Shown piece after piece: positions 36,244-46,836 of a stretch of 64,000 nucleotides of DNA. Each line of letters begins with the position of its first letter. Position 1 is the first letter of the stretch. The position numbers and the translations under genes were made by a program. This stretch comes from an uncultured Verrucomicrobiae bacterium. GTDB taxonomy: Bacteria; Verrucomicrobiota; Verrucomicrobiia; Limisphaerales; Palsa-1400. The notes beneath the pieces are model-generated. The model saw nothing but the letters and a program-made list of their open reading frames with translations. It was not told where the DNA came from and made no database searches. The stretch covers positions 1,600,001 to 1,664,000 of the forward strand of contig CAVXRD010000002.1 of NCBI GenBank assembly GCA_963764165.1, written 5' to 3'.

Positions 36244-38130
36244 ATGCTGCGAAAGAGACTTCATGGGGGAAATGCTCGCAAGAGTGGCTCCAAGCAAAAG
36301 CTGGAGAAGAAGGGGCGCGCCAAAGTAGCGCGTTTCACGTTGCAGAACAACGGCAAGAGCGCAACCCACAAAAACGGGCACAACGGCAAAAACGGGCGCT
36401 CGGCCAGCGAGTCCAAAGGCACTTTGCAGCCACCCCAGCCGCCGTCCTCCGCCGTTGCGGCCACTCCTGCGATCGTCAGCATCGAATCTCCGATCATCGC
36501 CGAAAAGGTCAAAGAACTGCTCCGCCTCTCGCAAGATCAAGGCTATCTGACCTACGACGATATAAATGACGCTCTTCCGGACGAGTTCGTTACGCCGGAA
36601 ATTCTCGACACCATTTATTCCAAGCTCCGCGGCTTTGAGGTCGAAATCGTGGAAGCACCCGATCTCGAGCGCGCCAAAACGCAACAAGCCGCCGAGCCGG
36701 AGGAAGAACAGCAGGAAGAACCCGGCCGGCTCGATATCCTGGACGACCCCGTTCAGATGTATCTCCGCCAGATGGGGAAGGTTCCGCTGCTGACCCGCGA
36801 GCAGGAAGTCCAGATTTGCAAGCGCATTGAAGAAGGCGAAACAGAAGCGCGCAAGATTCTGTTTGGCTTCGGCTTTACCGGCAAGGAGCATATCGCATTG
36901 GCTGAAAAGCTCTTGTGCGATCCCCCCCGCGAACGCTTCGACCGCGTGGTCGTCGACAAGAAAGTGGAAAGCCGCCAGTCGCATTTGACCGCCTTGCGCC
37001 GGCTGATCAAGCGCGCGCGTGAATTGGATCAGAAGCTCGACAAGACCTACGAGCAGATTCGCCACACGCACGGCAAAGCACCGTCCTCCACTTTGCTCTC
37101 GAACTATTCGAAGCTTGACAAGGCATTGCAGGCGACGTTCCCGAAGTTTTATTTCAAGCCGAAAGTGTCCGAGGAAATCATGGTTGTTTCGGACAATGTC
37201 GCCGATCAATTCAAGACGAGCCTTCGCACGATCGAGGAGTTGCAGCACCGCCGCAAGTCGGTCGCGACTACCACCCAGTTGACCGCCGAGCAGAGCAAGC
37301 TCGTGGCCCTGGAAAAATTCGTCCGCATGAGCTGCCAGGATTTCCTCAACGCCCATGCCTCGATGAAGAAGGCCGCCAGCCGGGCCGATGAAGCCAAATG
37401 CGAAATGGCCGCGGCGAACCTGCGCCTCGTGATTTCAATCGCCAAGAAGCACACCAACCGCGGCCTGTCGTTCCTCGATTTGATTCAGGAAGGCAACATG
37501 GGCCTGATGAAGGGCGTCGAGAAATTCGAATATCAGCGCGGCTACAAGTTTTCAACCTACGCCATCTGGTGGATCCGCCAGGCGATCACCCGCGCAGTGG
37601 CCGACCAGGCCCGCACGGTTCGCATCCCCGTTCACATGATCGAAGTCATCAACCGCCTCATGCGCGTGCAGAAGCGGCTGATGCAGGAGTTGGGCCGCGA
37701 AGCCGAGCCGGAAGAAATTGCCGACGAGCTGAACCTGCCGGTGGAACGCGTGCGCTCCATCTTGAAGATGGCGCAGCAATCCGTTTCCCTGCAAGCCCCG
37801 GTGGGCGATGGCGATGACGCCAGCGTGGGAGATTTCATCGAAGACAAGAAGGCCGCCAATCCTTCGGACGTCACCAGCTACAGCCTGCTCAAGGACACTT
37901 TGAGCGACGTCCTGGCCACCTTGACTGAGCGGGAGCGCAAGATTGTTGAAATGCGTTTCGGTTTGGTTGACGGCTACGAACGCACTTTGGAAGAAATCGG
38001 GCGTCAATACAACGTCACGCGCGAGCGCATCCGCCAGATTGAAGCCAAAGCGCTGCGCAAGATGCGCCACCCCACGCGCCTGCGCCACCTGCAAGGCTTC
38101 CTCGAAAACGAGGAAACGATCTTCCAGTAA
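36244..38130 (+). CDS. rpoD: RNA polymerase primary-type sigma factor RpoD
   Basis: Region 1.1 [10 protein letters not shown], 1.2 [11 protein letters not shown], 2 [27 protein letters not shown], 4 [15 protein letters not shown]. Confidence 0.93.
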   Translation: MLRKRLHGGNARKSGSKQKLEKKGRAKVARFTLQNNGKSATHKNGHNGKNGRSASESKGTLQPPQPPSSAVAATPAIVSIESPIIAEKVKELLRLSQDQGYLTYDDINDALPDEFVTPEILDTIYSKLRGFEVEIVEAPDLERAKTQQAAEPEEEQQEEPGRLDILDDPVQMYLRQMGKVPLLTREQEVQICKRIEEGETEARKILFGFGFTGKEHIALAEKLLCDPPRERFDRVVVDKKVESRQSHLTALRRLIKRARELDQKLDKTYEQIRHTHGKAPSSTLLSNYSKLDKALQATFPKFYFKPKVSEEIMVVSDNVADQFKTSLRTIEELQHRRKSVATTTQLTAEQSKLVALEKFVRMSCQDFLNAHASMKKAASRADEAKCEMAAANLRLVISIAKKHTNRGLSFLDLIQEGNMGLMKGVEKFEYQRGYKFSTYAIWWIRQAITRAVADQARTVRIPVHMIEVINRLMRVQKRLMQELGREAEPEEIADELNLPVERVRSILKMAQQSVSLQAPVGDGDDASVGDFIEDKKAANPSDVTSYSLLKDTLSDVLATLTERERKIVEMRFGLVDGYERTLEEIGRQYNVTRERIRQIEAKALRKMRHPTRLRHLQGFLENEETIFQ

Positions 38131-38186
38131 GATTTCGGCTGAAGCGCCGGTAATTCCGCGGCGAAAAACGCAGCGGAGGAGAATTC

Positions 38187-38211
38187 AACCTCTGTCAAAC
38201 AGAGGTTTTTT
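38187..38211 (+). terminator. Intrinsic terminator after rpoD
   Basis: aacctctgt-caa-acagaggtt stem followed by a T run. Confidence 0.7.
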
Positions 38212-38684
38212 CCTGTGCGGGACTCACGACGGAATACTAGGCGCCTGGGTCCGCCGCCAGCCTGCATATAGGCGAGCCGGGATGTCGTGGTAGGGTGCGT
38301 CCTTCTTCCAGTTGGGGTTTCAAATGGCAAAATGGCCTGCCACCCCCAGCCTCCATTTGGGCTGCCCCGCCTCACGCGGGGTTGTTTCCGCCACTGCAGC
38401 CTCAAAATCGATATCCGCGCCAGCTGAAACGAGGAAAAAAAAGCGAAGCCGCATGCAGAGCGGAAACTGAGCGGCCACCCATTCCGTCAGCCGTCATTTC
38501 GACGCTGTCAAATAGAACTACATGGAAAACCCTGTAAAACAAACCGTTACGAACAGGCATCAGCTTTTCGCGCTGTCACATTAACGGGTTCCCGCAAAAC
38601 CCGGTACAACTTTCCCCCACGCCAATTACTTGATAGACCCTCATTGTCGCCCACCCCTGACGTGTGTTTGATTGATATAGAAAG

Positions 38685-38960
38685 ATGAAAAAGATGAATA
38701 AAGACAAAGTGCCAGCCAGTGGTTCCAATCCGCCCGGTGCGGATGGGCCGATCGAGTATGATTTTCGTCATCATCTGCATGACACGATCATTCTCCTCGG
38801 CGGGGAAAAGAAAATCGCGGATATGCTCGTCCGCTCCCAGGATTCGCACATCAAGAATTCGGACGTCGCCGAAGTGCGGCGATACAATGGTGTGTTAATC
38901 GACGAGACGAAAGACCGCCTCAATAACGTCCACAAAACGAAAGTGCGGCCAAAGCCATAA
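38685..38960 (+). CDS. Hypothetical protein
   Basis: 91-aa ATG ORF with a purine-rich upstream segment. Confidence 0.5.
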   Translation: MKKMNKDKVPASGSNPPGADGPIEYDFRHHLHDTIILLGGEKKIADMLVRSQDSHIKNSDVAEVRRYNGVLIDETKDRLNNVHKTKVRPKP

Positions 38961-38962
38961 AC

Positions 38963-39265
38963 TCATGGCTTCGGCGCGCAGGTCAGCCGGGGCTCCGCAG
39001 GAACAAGGGCGAAGGTCTCAGAGATTTCAAGTTCCTCGGTGCTCCGGCTGTGCTTCTGGCACATCGGGTAGACATAAACGTTCCTATCGTATCCCCCCGC
39101 GATCTGCACCAGAACCCCCACCACATCGCGATTCAAACAGCCAATGACCTGGCAATACTGCGTGGTCTGCTCGCTGAACTTCTCCCAATGCTTCAGCCAC
39201 GAACCGCAGGTGCAAGATTCGCGCGACGCGGAACTGGCAATAACTTTCATGTATGCGTGGGGCAA
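38963..39265 (-). CDS. Small Cys/His-rich hypothetical protein
   Basis: CTCGSWLKHW..CQVIGC..PMCQKH. Confidence 0.65.
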   Translation of the reverse strand: MPHAYMKVIASSASRESCTCGSWLKHWEKFSEQTTQYCQVIGCLNRDVVGVLVQIAGGYDRNVYVYPMCQKHSRSTEELEISETFALVPAEPRLTCAPKP

Positions 39266-39528
39266 CGTAAATTTTTAATCCCTTATCGACCGCCAAGTCG
39301 AAATTTTGAGTGCGAGGCTAACAGTAGCCATCCGGCTGCGCACCCTGATTTTCGAGTACAGAACTCCCTTAGGTTAGGCATAATACGCCATGAAGAGCAA
39401 TACGAGAGTGAGTGATGGATGCAGCTCTTTAGGTGGAGCGCGCCTCACCCGCTTCTAATCACACCGCGCCGTCCCCGCCTATCGCTTTGGTGATTGATGT
39501 TTCGTTTTCAGAAGCCTAATTCTAGGGG

Positions 39529-41118
39529 ATGCCTCTTCACCGCAGACAGTTTCTAAAGCAGCTTGGTTTGGGAACGGCTGCTTTAACCGCGCCGTCGTGG
39601 CCGCTGCCGAGTTTTGCTGGGCCGGACTCAGGGAAAAAGCTTCCGCGCAGCGCTCCAGAAGAGCAGGGCGTTTCGTCGTCCGGAATCATCGCCTTTCTCG
39701 ACGCCATCGCCCGGAGCCAGCATGAGTTTCACGGTTTCATGGTCACGCGCAACGGCCATGTGATCGCGGAAGGCTGGTGGACACCTTACCGCGCCTCGGC
39801 CAATCACATGCTCTATTCGTTGAGCAAAAGTTTCACCTCCACGGCAATTGGGTTCGCCGTTTCGGAAGGGCGGCTCACGGTCAACGATTCGGTCACCTCA
39901 TTTTTTCCCAACGATCTGCCAGCGTCGATCAGCGAAAATCTGGCCGAGCTGAAGGTGAAGCATTTGCTGACGATGTCGGTCGGCCACGCCGCTGATTCCA
40001 CGCCTGTCATCAACAAAGAGGAAAATTGGGTGCGCGCTTTTCTTCGCTTGCCCATCGCGAATGCCCCCGGCAGCGCGTTTCTTTACAACAGCGGCGCGAC
40101 TTACATGCTCTCGGCCATTGTGCAAAAATTAACCGGGCAAAAGGTTATCGACTATTTGACGCCGCGATTGTTTGAGCCGCTGCGCATCGAGGGCGTCACT
40201 TGGGAAACCTGCCCGCGCGGCATCAACACCGGGGGCTGGGGCTTGAGCGTGCCGACGGAGGCGCTGGCGAAATTCGGCCAATTCTATTTGCAGAACGGCG
40301 TTTGGAACGAACGCCAAATTCTCCCCGCCGCGTGGGTGGATGAGGCGACCACGTTCAAAATTCAGCAGCCCGCGGGCAAGGATCAGGATTTGGAAAAAGC
40401 GAAACTCACCAGCGACTGGCTGCAAGGGTATTGCTACCAATTCTGGCGCTGCCGCCACAATGCCTTTCGCGGCGACGGCGCATTCGGCCAGTTCGACATC
40501 GTCATGCGCGACCAAAATGCGGTCGTCTCGATCAACTGCGAGACCAGCAACATGCAGTCGGAACTGGACTTGGTGTGGGATCATTTGCTGCCTGCGATGA
40601 AGGATGGCCCGGCGCCCTCTGATCACGCGGCGGCCAGGGAATTGCGCAAACGCCTCGCCTCTCTGGCTCTCCCGATGGCAGAAGGCAAAACAGATTCGCC
40701 AACGGCAGACATTATTTCCGGCAAAGCATTCAAAGTCGAGGCAAGCCCGAATGGCGCGGAGAGCTTTTCGTTGAAATTCAAGAAAGGCGCGTGCGAATTT
40801 GTTTTGACGGATGCGAAAAATTCCTACCCGATTTCGTGCGGATTGGGAAAATGGAACGAAGGCGTCTCGAATATGCCGAACACGCCGCCGAAAATCACAG
40901 TGGGCGATTTGCGCCCGGCCAAAGTCGCGGCCAGCGCCGCTTGGGCGGATGACCAGACATTCAAGATGCTCTGGCGCTTTTACGAGACCCCGCATTCCGT
41001 CGCCGTCACCTGCAAGTTCGACGGGAAGAACGCGAAGGTGGAATTTTTGAACAGCATCACCGCCCGCTCTTCTGCTCATCCGGAGCCGAACTTGGTGTTG
41101 CATGGCGCGTCCGCTTGA
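39529..41118 (+). CDS. Serine hydrolase, beta-lactamase class C-like, Tat-exported
   Basis: HRRQFLK Tat motif, SLSKS (SxxK), FLYNS. Confidence 0.9.
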   Translation: MPLHRRQFLKQLGLGTAALTAPSWPLPSFAGPDSGKKLPRSAPEEQGVSSSGIIAFLDAIARSQHEFHGFMVTRNGHVIAEGWWTPYRASANHMLYSLSKSFTSTAIGFAVSEGRLTVNDSVTSFFPNDLPASISENLAELKVKHLLTMSVGHAADSTPVINKEENWVRAFLRLPIANAPGSAFLYNSGATYMLSAIVQKLTGQKVIDYLTPRLFEPLRIEGVTWETCPRGINTGGWGLSVPTEALAKFGQFYLQNGVWNERQILPAAWVDEATTFKIQQPAGKDQDLEKAKLTSDWLQGYCYQFWRCRHNAFRGDGAFGQFDIVMRDQNAVVSINCETSNMQSELDLVWDHLLPAMKDGPAPSDHAAARELRKRLASLALPMAEGKTDSPTADIISGKAFKVEASPNGAESFSLKFKKGACEFVLTDAKNSYPISCGLGKWNEGVSNMPNTPPKITVGDLRPAKVAASAAWADDQTFKMLWRFYETPHSVAVTCKFDGKNAKVEFLNSITARSSAHPEPNLVLHGASA

Positions 41119-41131
41119 TTGACCTTGGAGC

Positions 41132-42661
41132 ATGGCCACGATTGTCCTCGCCACGCTGAACGCCAAATATATTCACGCCTCTTTCGGGCTGCGATATTTG
41201 CTGGTGAACATGGGCGCATTGCAGCCGGACACCTGCCTTCTCGAATTCGATCTTCAGCAGAAACCGGTGGACGTCGCCGAAGCCATCCTCGCGCGCGAGC
41301 CGAAAATTCTCGGACTCGGAGTTTACATTTGGAACGTCGCAGAAACCACCCAGCTTGTTGCCATCTTGAAACGTGTCTGCCCGGATCTCATCGTCATCTT
41401 GGGCGGGCCGGAGGTCAGTTACGAAAGCGAGCAGCAGGAAATCGTGCGCCTGGCGGATTACGTGGTGACGGGCGAGGCGGATTTGAAATTCGCTGGTGTG
41501 TGTGCGCAAATTTTGGCGGGCTCGCCACCTGTGGAAAAGATCATTGCCGCGGAAATTCCCGATCTCGCCAAAGTGGCGATGCCTTATCACTTATACACCG
41601 ATCAGGATGTGGCGCATCGGGTGGTCTATGTCGAGGCGTCACGTGGGTGTCCGTTTTCGTGCGAGTTCTGCCTGTCGTCGCTGGACATTCCTGTGCGGCA
41701 ATTTGCGCTGGCGCCGCTGCTGGCCGAAATGCAGCGGCTGCTGGATCGCGGCGTCAATCAGTTCAAGTTCGTCGACCGCACATTCAATCTCAATATCGCC
41801 AGCAGCAAGGCCATTCTTGAATTTTTTCTTGAACGCTGGCGGCCTGGATTATTCGTCCATTTTGAAATGATTCCGGATCGGCTGCCCGAGGCCTTGCGCG
41901 AGGTCATCTCCAAATTTGAACCCGGTGCGCTGCAATTCGAGGTCGGCATCCAGACCTTCAACGACGAGGTTTCCAAACACATCAGCCGCCGCCAGGATTA
42001 CGCGCGCTTGGAGGATAATTTTCGTTTTCTCCGCGGCTCAAGCGGCGTGCATGTCCACGCGGATTTAATTGTGGGCTTGCCCGGCGAAACAGTGGAAAGC
42101 TTCGCGGCGGGATTTGATCGGTTGATCGCGATGGGGCCGCAGGAAATTCAGGTCGGCATTCTGAAGAGGCTGCGCGGGACGCCCATTGTCCGGCACGACC
42201 AGCCATTCAAAATGGTTTACAGCCCGCATCCCCCTTACGAAATTCTCAGCAACAGCGTCCTGAATTTTTCCGCGCTGCAGCGCCTGCGCCGATTCGCGCG
42301 CCATTGGGATTTGGCCGGGAACAGCGGCAATTTCGTGGAATCAGCGCCGCTGATTTGGCGCGGGGCCGGCTCTCCATTTTCCGCCTTCATGCAATGGAGC
42401 GATTGGCTGGAATCGCGCGCCGGGCGGCGCCACGGCATCGCGCTGGCGCGGCTGGCGGAGTGGATCTTCGAGTATTTGACAACCGTGCGCGGGTTGCCGC
42501 CCGCCGAAACCGCGCAAGCCTTATGGCGGGACTGGCTGCGCGCCGGCCAGCGCGAGAAGCCCGCATTTCTTGTCCAATACTTGACAAATGTTCGCGTTGA
42601 AAAACGGCATTCAATTCCATCCGGCCCAAAACGGCAGGCGCGGCACATCGCGGTGACCTAA
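41132..42661 (+). CDS. B12-binding radical SAM protein
   Basis: [21 protein letters not shown] motif, FVDRTFN. Confidence 0.92.
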   Translation: MATIVLATLNAKYIHASFGLRYLLVNMGALQPDTCLLEFDLQQKPVDVAEAILAREPKILGLGVYIWNVAETTQLVAILKRVCPDLIVILGGPEVSYESEQQEIVRLADYVVTGEADLKFAGVCAQILAGSPPVEKIIAAEIPDLAKVAMPYHLYTDQDVAHRVVYVEASRGCPFSCEFCLSSLDIPVRQFALAPLLAEMQRLLDRGVNQFKFVDRTFNLNIASSKAILEFFLERWRPGLFVHFEMIPDRLPEALREVISKFEPGALQFEVGIQTFNDEVSKHISRRQDYARLEDNFRFLRGSSGVHVHADLIVGLPGETVESFAAGFDRLIAMGPQEIQVGILKRLRGTPIVRHDQPFKMVYSPHPPYEILSNSVLNFSALQRLRRFARHWDLAGNSGNFVESAPLIWRGAGSPFSAFMQWSDWLESRAGRRHGIALARLAEWIFEYLTTVRGLPPAETAQALWRDWLRAGQREKPAFLVQYLTNVRVEKRHSIPSGPKRQARHIAVT

Positions 42662-42694
42662 CTCGTTATTGATGCGGTGATGCAGTTGGGAATT

Positions 42695-42805
42695 GGGAGC
42701 GCGGTCGTCTCGAGCGCCGCCTTCGGCGTCCCGCCGCAGGCATTTCTTCTGCAACGGCCAGCCGGCGAGACGCCGACTGGAGGCGACCGGGACGGTCGCA
42801 CTGCC
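42695..42805. repeat. REP-like palindromic doublet between convergent genes
   Basis: gggagcgcggtcgtctcgagcgccgccttcggcgtcccgccg ... ccggcgagacgccgactggaggcgaccgggacggtcgcactgcc, imperfect inverted arms. Confidence 0.55.
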
Positions 42806-42808
42806 TTC

Positions 42809-43909
42809 TTATTTGCACGGCCAACCCTCCTTGAGAATCCGCCGGACGGCCTGAAGCAACGCGTCTGCTTCAGCATCGTTGCCAATGGTGACGCGGAGGT
42901 AATCGCAAACTTCCGGCGCGCTGAACCAGCGCACCAGCACGCGCTTCTCACGCAGTTTGGCCAGCCACTCCTTCGCTGGAAATTGTGGAGGGCGCGTCAA
43001 AACGAAATTTGTCTGGCTCGGAAGCGTCTGGAATCCAAGTGAGCTCAATTCCTTGCAAAGCCGCTCGCGGGTGGCGATGAGCGTCTTGAAATTGCGCCGG
43101 TAATACGGAAGATCGCGCAGCGTCGCCGCCGCCGCCACCTGGCCCAGGCCGTTCACGTTGTAGCTGTCGCGAATTTTGTGCAGCGCTTCGATCAAATCCG
43201 GATGGCCGCACATGTATCCGACACGCAGGAAGCAAAGCGAGTAAGCCTTGGAAAACGTGCGGGCGACGAGCACGTTGGGCATTTCCCGCGAAAGCGAGAA
43301 CGCATTTTCCTTCGCAAAATCAACGTAGGCTTCGTCAAGTATAACAACGCCCCGCAGGGACCGGCACAGGGCGCGCAACTCGTCCGGGCTGTAGCCGCGC
43401 CCGCTCGGCGCATTCGGCGTGGTGATGAGCGTCAGCGGCGCGTAGGAATCGAAAATGCCACCACTGCGCAATTCGGCAAGCGGGGGAATTGAGAAGTCAG
43501 GCTTGAGCGGAACCGGATGGCGGCGCGCGCCGTGAATATCCGCCAGAACGGGATAGAGCGAATAACTGGGCGTGAAATATTGGATGGGCGCGCCAGGTTC
43601 CACAAACGCCCGCGTGACCAGCGCCAGCAATTCATCCGAGCCATTGCCAACAATCAGGTTCTCCATGCCGCACCCGTGAAATTTGGCCAGTTGCGTTCTG
43701 ACGCTGTCGGCGGTTGGATTGGGATACAGGCGCATGCGCCCATCGACCGCCCCGCGGATGGCGCTCAGAACTATGGGCGAGGGCGGGTATGGATTTTCGT
43801 TGGTGTTCAACTTGACGAGGCCGCGAATTTTCGGCTGCTCGCCAGGAACATACGGGTGCAATTCCTTTACCAGCGGGCGAATCAATGAAGATGGCTTGGG
43901 AGAACTCAT
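42809..43909 (-). CDS. hisC: Histidinol-phosphate aminotransferase
   Basis: YVPGEQP, KLNTNENPYPPS, GNGSDE, DEAYVDF, RTFSKAY. Confidence 0.93.
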   Translation of the reverse strand: MSSPKPSSLIRPLVKELHPYVPGEQPKIRGLVKLNTNENPYPPSPIVLSAIRGAVDGRMRLYPNPTADSVRTQLAKFHGCGMENLIVGNGSDELLALVTRAFVEPGAPIQYFTPSYSLYPVLADIHGARRHPVPLKPDFSIPPLAELRSGGIFDSYAPLTLITTPNAPSGRGYSPDELRALCRSLRGVVILDEAYVDFAKENAFSLSREMPNVLVARTFSKAYSLCFLRVGYMCGHPDLIEALHKIRDSYNVNGLGQVAAAATLRDLPYYRRNFKTLIATRERLCKELSSLGFQTLPSQTNFVLTRPPQFPAKEWLAKLREKRVLVRWFSAPEVCDYLRVTIGNDAEADALLQAVRRILKEGWPCK

Positions 43910-43929
43910 GGGAAAATGGAGCAAAGCCG

Positions 43930-45132
43930 TCACTCGGGCCGATCCATCGATTGCGTGATCAGGCTCGGCTGCTGCGGTCCCCGCGAGCGGCGGATGAGGA
44001 AAATCACCAGCGCGGCGGCAATGGTCAACAGCGCCAGCGCGATGACAAACAACAGGACTTGCTGCACAGTCGATGCCGTCGCCGGCAGCGGGCTCGGAGC
44101 GGGAGCCGGTTCGGATAATTTTGGCGCGACGGCTTCCGCTGGAGGATTGGAAGGCGGCGATTCCGGAATGACGGCGGCGCTCGCTGGGGCGGGCGCCACG
44201 TTTGTTTGGGGCAACGCTGGCGCTGGCGTGGGCGTCGTCGCCGGGGATGCGACAACGGTCGATGGAATATTGGTGATGGCAGGCGCCGAAGGCGGAGTCG
44301 GCGCTGGCGCCGGTTTTATAGGCGCGGCGGCGGCAGGCATGGCAGCAGCCATTTGCCGCGGCGGCGCGGCGGGTGGCGGCGTTTCAGCGGCGGCGGCACG
44401 AACGACGGCGGGAATTTCAAATTTCTGCGGCTCGGGATCCGGGGTGGGGATTATTTTCGAGGGAGGCGGAGGCGCCACAACTGGCGCGGGCGCAGGCGCA
44501 GTCACAACAAGGGGCGGCGGCGTGTTGGTCGCCGCCGGCGGCGGAAGCGGGTCCGCCGTGTGCGGCACTGTGATGGCACTGGGAAAGTTGATCGAGTAAT
44601 CGAAGAACACATGATTGCTGGCGGCGAGCACCGTGACGAATGGATCATGGCTCGTTTTGAACTGTCGGGCATACTGGCGCTGCAATTCATTGAGGTCACT
44701 GTCGAACGGCGTGCCTTTAATTGGATCGCTGCCGTCATGTATGAGGATGATGGTCAGGCGCTCCGAGTTGAGAATCGCCTGCTGAAGGCCCGGCCAGACT
44801 TTTTCCAGGTGCGAACGCTTTTCGAACGGCACCAAATGCAAATATTGCAGGAGCGTGCTGATGACTTGATCCTTGCCCTCTTCCGCCCAAACCTGGCGGG
44901 GAAATTCCGTGTTGAGCTTATCCGAATACGTCCACACGCCGAAGGTGTCGCCGTTGCGCATTTCGCCCTTCATGCTGGATTTGAGCAGATCGCGCACAGC
45001 GGTGTCCGAGCCTTCCTGGCGCGATTTCATCGCCGACGATGTGTCAATAATAAACAAAAACCGGTTCTCCATCGTGTGCGGCGCGGCGGTGGCGTCTTGA
45101 ATAAGGCAGAGGGAGAAGACGGCCAATCTCAC
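43930..45132 (-). CDS. vWA-domain protein with Pro/Ala-rich stalk and C-terminal TM anchor
   Basis: FLFIIDTSSAM (MIDAS-like), IILIHDG, long PA-rich region, TM helix; start uncertain (GTG 45132 or ATG 45330). Confidence 0.75.
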   Translation of the reverse strand: MRLAVFSLCLIQDATAAPHTMENRFLFIIDTSSAMKSRQEGSDTAVRDLLKSSMKGEMRNGDTFGVWTYSDKLNTEFPRQVWAEEGKDQVISTLLQYLHLVPFEKRSHLEKVWPGLQQAILNSERLTIILIHDGSDPIKGTPFDSDLNELQRQYARQFKTSHDPFVTVLAASNHVFFDYSINFPSAITVPHTADPLPPPAATNTPPPLVVTAPAPAPVVAPPPPSKIIPTPDPEPQKFEIPAVVRAAAAETPPPAAPPRQMAAAMPAAAAPIKPAPAPTPPSAPAITNIPSTVVASPATTPTPAPALPQTNVAPAPASAAVIPESPPSNPPAEAVAPKLSEPAPAPSPLPATASTVQQVLLFVIALALLTIAAALVIFLIRRSRGPQQPSLITQSMDRPE

Positions 45133-45173
45133 CGCGAGATTAATAATACGCGAAGGACAGCCACGCTTTTTAT

Positions 45174-45276
45174 CTCCCTCTCTTCCACGAAGTGGAGGAG
45201 AGGGCCGGGGAGAGGAGGAGATTAGCTCGGTTCTCCCCTCCCTATCCCCGCCGGGCCGGGCGGGGGGATCAGCGAG
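45174..45276. repeat. REP-like palindromic doublet (CCCTCTC...GAGAGG family)
   Basis: ctccctctcttccacgaagtggaggagagggccggggagaggagg ... ctcccctccctatccccgccgggccgggcgggggga. Confidence 0.65.
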
Positions 45277-45331
45277 ACGCGTTTTGATTCGCGACTGTAA
45301 TAAATTGAGCCGCGCGAGACAGGGGTTCATA

Positions 45332-45799
45332 TCAACGTGGCGCCTTGAAGCCCGCTTTCTGGCGGTGGTTGTGATGGACGATTTCGCGCTGCTGCTCCTG
45401 CAATGTTCGTTCGATATCAGCAATAAAATTGGCGCAACTCGATGACATCCCGCCGTGATAAAAAACCGTGTTGCGCTCGGCGAAATCGTCGGTGACGGCG
45501 AGCACCTCGCCGTAGGACGCCATGCGCACAGCCACGCGCTCGATGATCTGGTCGGCCGTCTGCCCGCTGCGGGAATAGATAATCTCCAACTCCGGCGTGG
45601 ACGGATATTCCGAGGCGGTTGATTTGCCAGCCCCGTCGAAGACAATGGTAATCGGCGTGTGGGTCGCGTCGCGGAAAAGAGTCAGGACGCGGATCAGCTC
45701 GTCACGCGCTTCCATGCAATGACGCGGTTTGCCGGGCGCCAGCTCCGGCCAGCTATGCAGGAGACTGTAGCCATCGACAAGTATGCGCACCAACGCCAT
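45332..45799 (-). CDS. NYN-domain (YacP/Rae1-like) ribonuclease
   Basis: ILVDGYSLL, IVFDGA, TADQIIE, AVTDD acidic motifs. Confidence 0.85.
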   Translation of the reverse strand: MALVRILVDGYSLLHSWPELAPGKPRHCMEARDELIRVLTLFRDATHTPITIVFDGAGKSTASEYPSTPELEIIYSRSGQTADQIIERVAVRMASYGEVLAVTDDFAERNTVFYHGGMSSSCANFIADIERTLQEQQREIVHHNHRQKAGFKAPR

Positions 45800-45849
45800 A
45801 GGTGATAGTGTAGGCTTTCAACGAGCCCCGCACAACGCGAAATCCCAAT

Positions 45850-45876
45850 GGCAGGGACGCCTCGCCGAGCGTCTGG
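45850..45876. repeat. Single REP arm, GGACGCCTCGCCGAG family
   Basis: ggcagggacgcctcgccgagcgtctgg. Confidence 0.6.
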
Positions 45877-45991
45877 TCGCGCGTGAAATTCTAACCTTGG
45901 GCTGAATGATCCAATCTCTTCAGGATTGGGGAATTACCGCCCATTTCGAACTCGACCGACAACAGCCAGAAACCTTGGTTGAGTCGCCGCC

Positions 45992-46720
45992 TCAATCCGC
46001 CACAGCCAAATCCATCGTCGGCAAATAATATAGAATCCGCCCGCAGTTCGGGCAGGTCACCAAATCTTTCCCGCCCTGGCAGGACACCACAAGCTGGGTC
46101 GGGAAACGCATGTGGCAGCCTCCGCAAACACCGTGCTCGATCCCAACCACCACGTTGTCGCCCTTGAATTTCAAGAGTCGCTCATACATCCGCAAAATGC
46201 GTTCCTCGATGTCCGGCGTCAATTGGCTGCGGTTGCCTTCCAACGCGGCGAGTTCGGCTTGGAGATTCTTTTCGCGGGCGTCCAATTCGCGCAATTGGCC
46301 TTCGGCGATCGCCTTGGCTTGATTCGCTTCGCGGGTCGCGACGGCCATTTCCTTTTGCAGCCCTTCGATTTTTTCCATCAACTCCAATTGCTGATCTTCC
46401 AGCTTGGAAATGGCCTCCTGGCAATTGGTGATTTCGTGGGCCAGGGCGCGGTATTCCTCGTTCTTCTTGGTTTGAAATTGCTGCAGGCCGTATTTGCCTA
46501 TCTGCTGCTTCTTGGCTTCGACTTCCAGCTCCGAATTCTTGCGGTCGGTCTCGGCTTGCTTTACTTTGGTGCGCACGGCTTCGAGACCGGCCTGCGTGCT
46601 GGCGGCCTTGGATTGGTACACTTCACGTTCCGGCTGGATCCTGGCCAGTTGCTCGCGGGTGCTCATGATCCGGCGATCCCTGTCTTGCAAAATGAGTAGT
46701 TTTTCGATTATATGTTGCAT
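45992..46720 (-). CDS. Coiled-coil C4 zinc-ribbon protein (DUF164 / CT398-like)
   Basis: Long coiled coil, KKNEEYRAL, CGGCH..CPNCGRILY. Confidence 0.9.
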   Translation of the reverse strand: MQHIIEKLLILQDRDRRIMSTREQLARIQPEREVYQSKAASTQAGLEAVRTKVKQAETDRKNSELEVEAKKQQIGKYGLQQFQTKKNEEYRALAHEITNCQEAISKLEDQQLELMEKIEGLQKEMAVATREANQAKAIAEGQLRELDAREKNLQAELAALEGNRSQLTPDIEERILRMYERLLKFKGDNVVVGIEHGVCGGCHMRFPTQLVVSCQGGKDLVTCPNCGRILYYLPTMDLAVAD

Positions 46721-46836
46721 TGGGCCAAATCCGTTCGTGTTGCGCGGAAACGGTAAAGGCCGCGGCGCGACAAGTCAATGCGGATGCTCGCCGCGACCGG
46801 AAATAAAACAAACGGACGCCCGGCCATAGTAATGCC

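Noticed and set aside
45331..45645. 5' extension of the 571-aa ORF 43930..45645
   Set aside because: Overlaps the NYN gene in another frame and has low-complexity composition.
45880..45991. RNase P RNA next to the zinc-ribbon gene
   Set aside because: Too short, and no GAGGAAAGUCC conserved motif on either strand.
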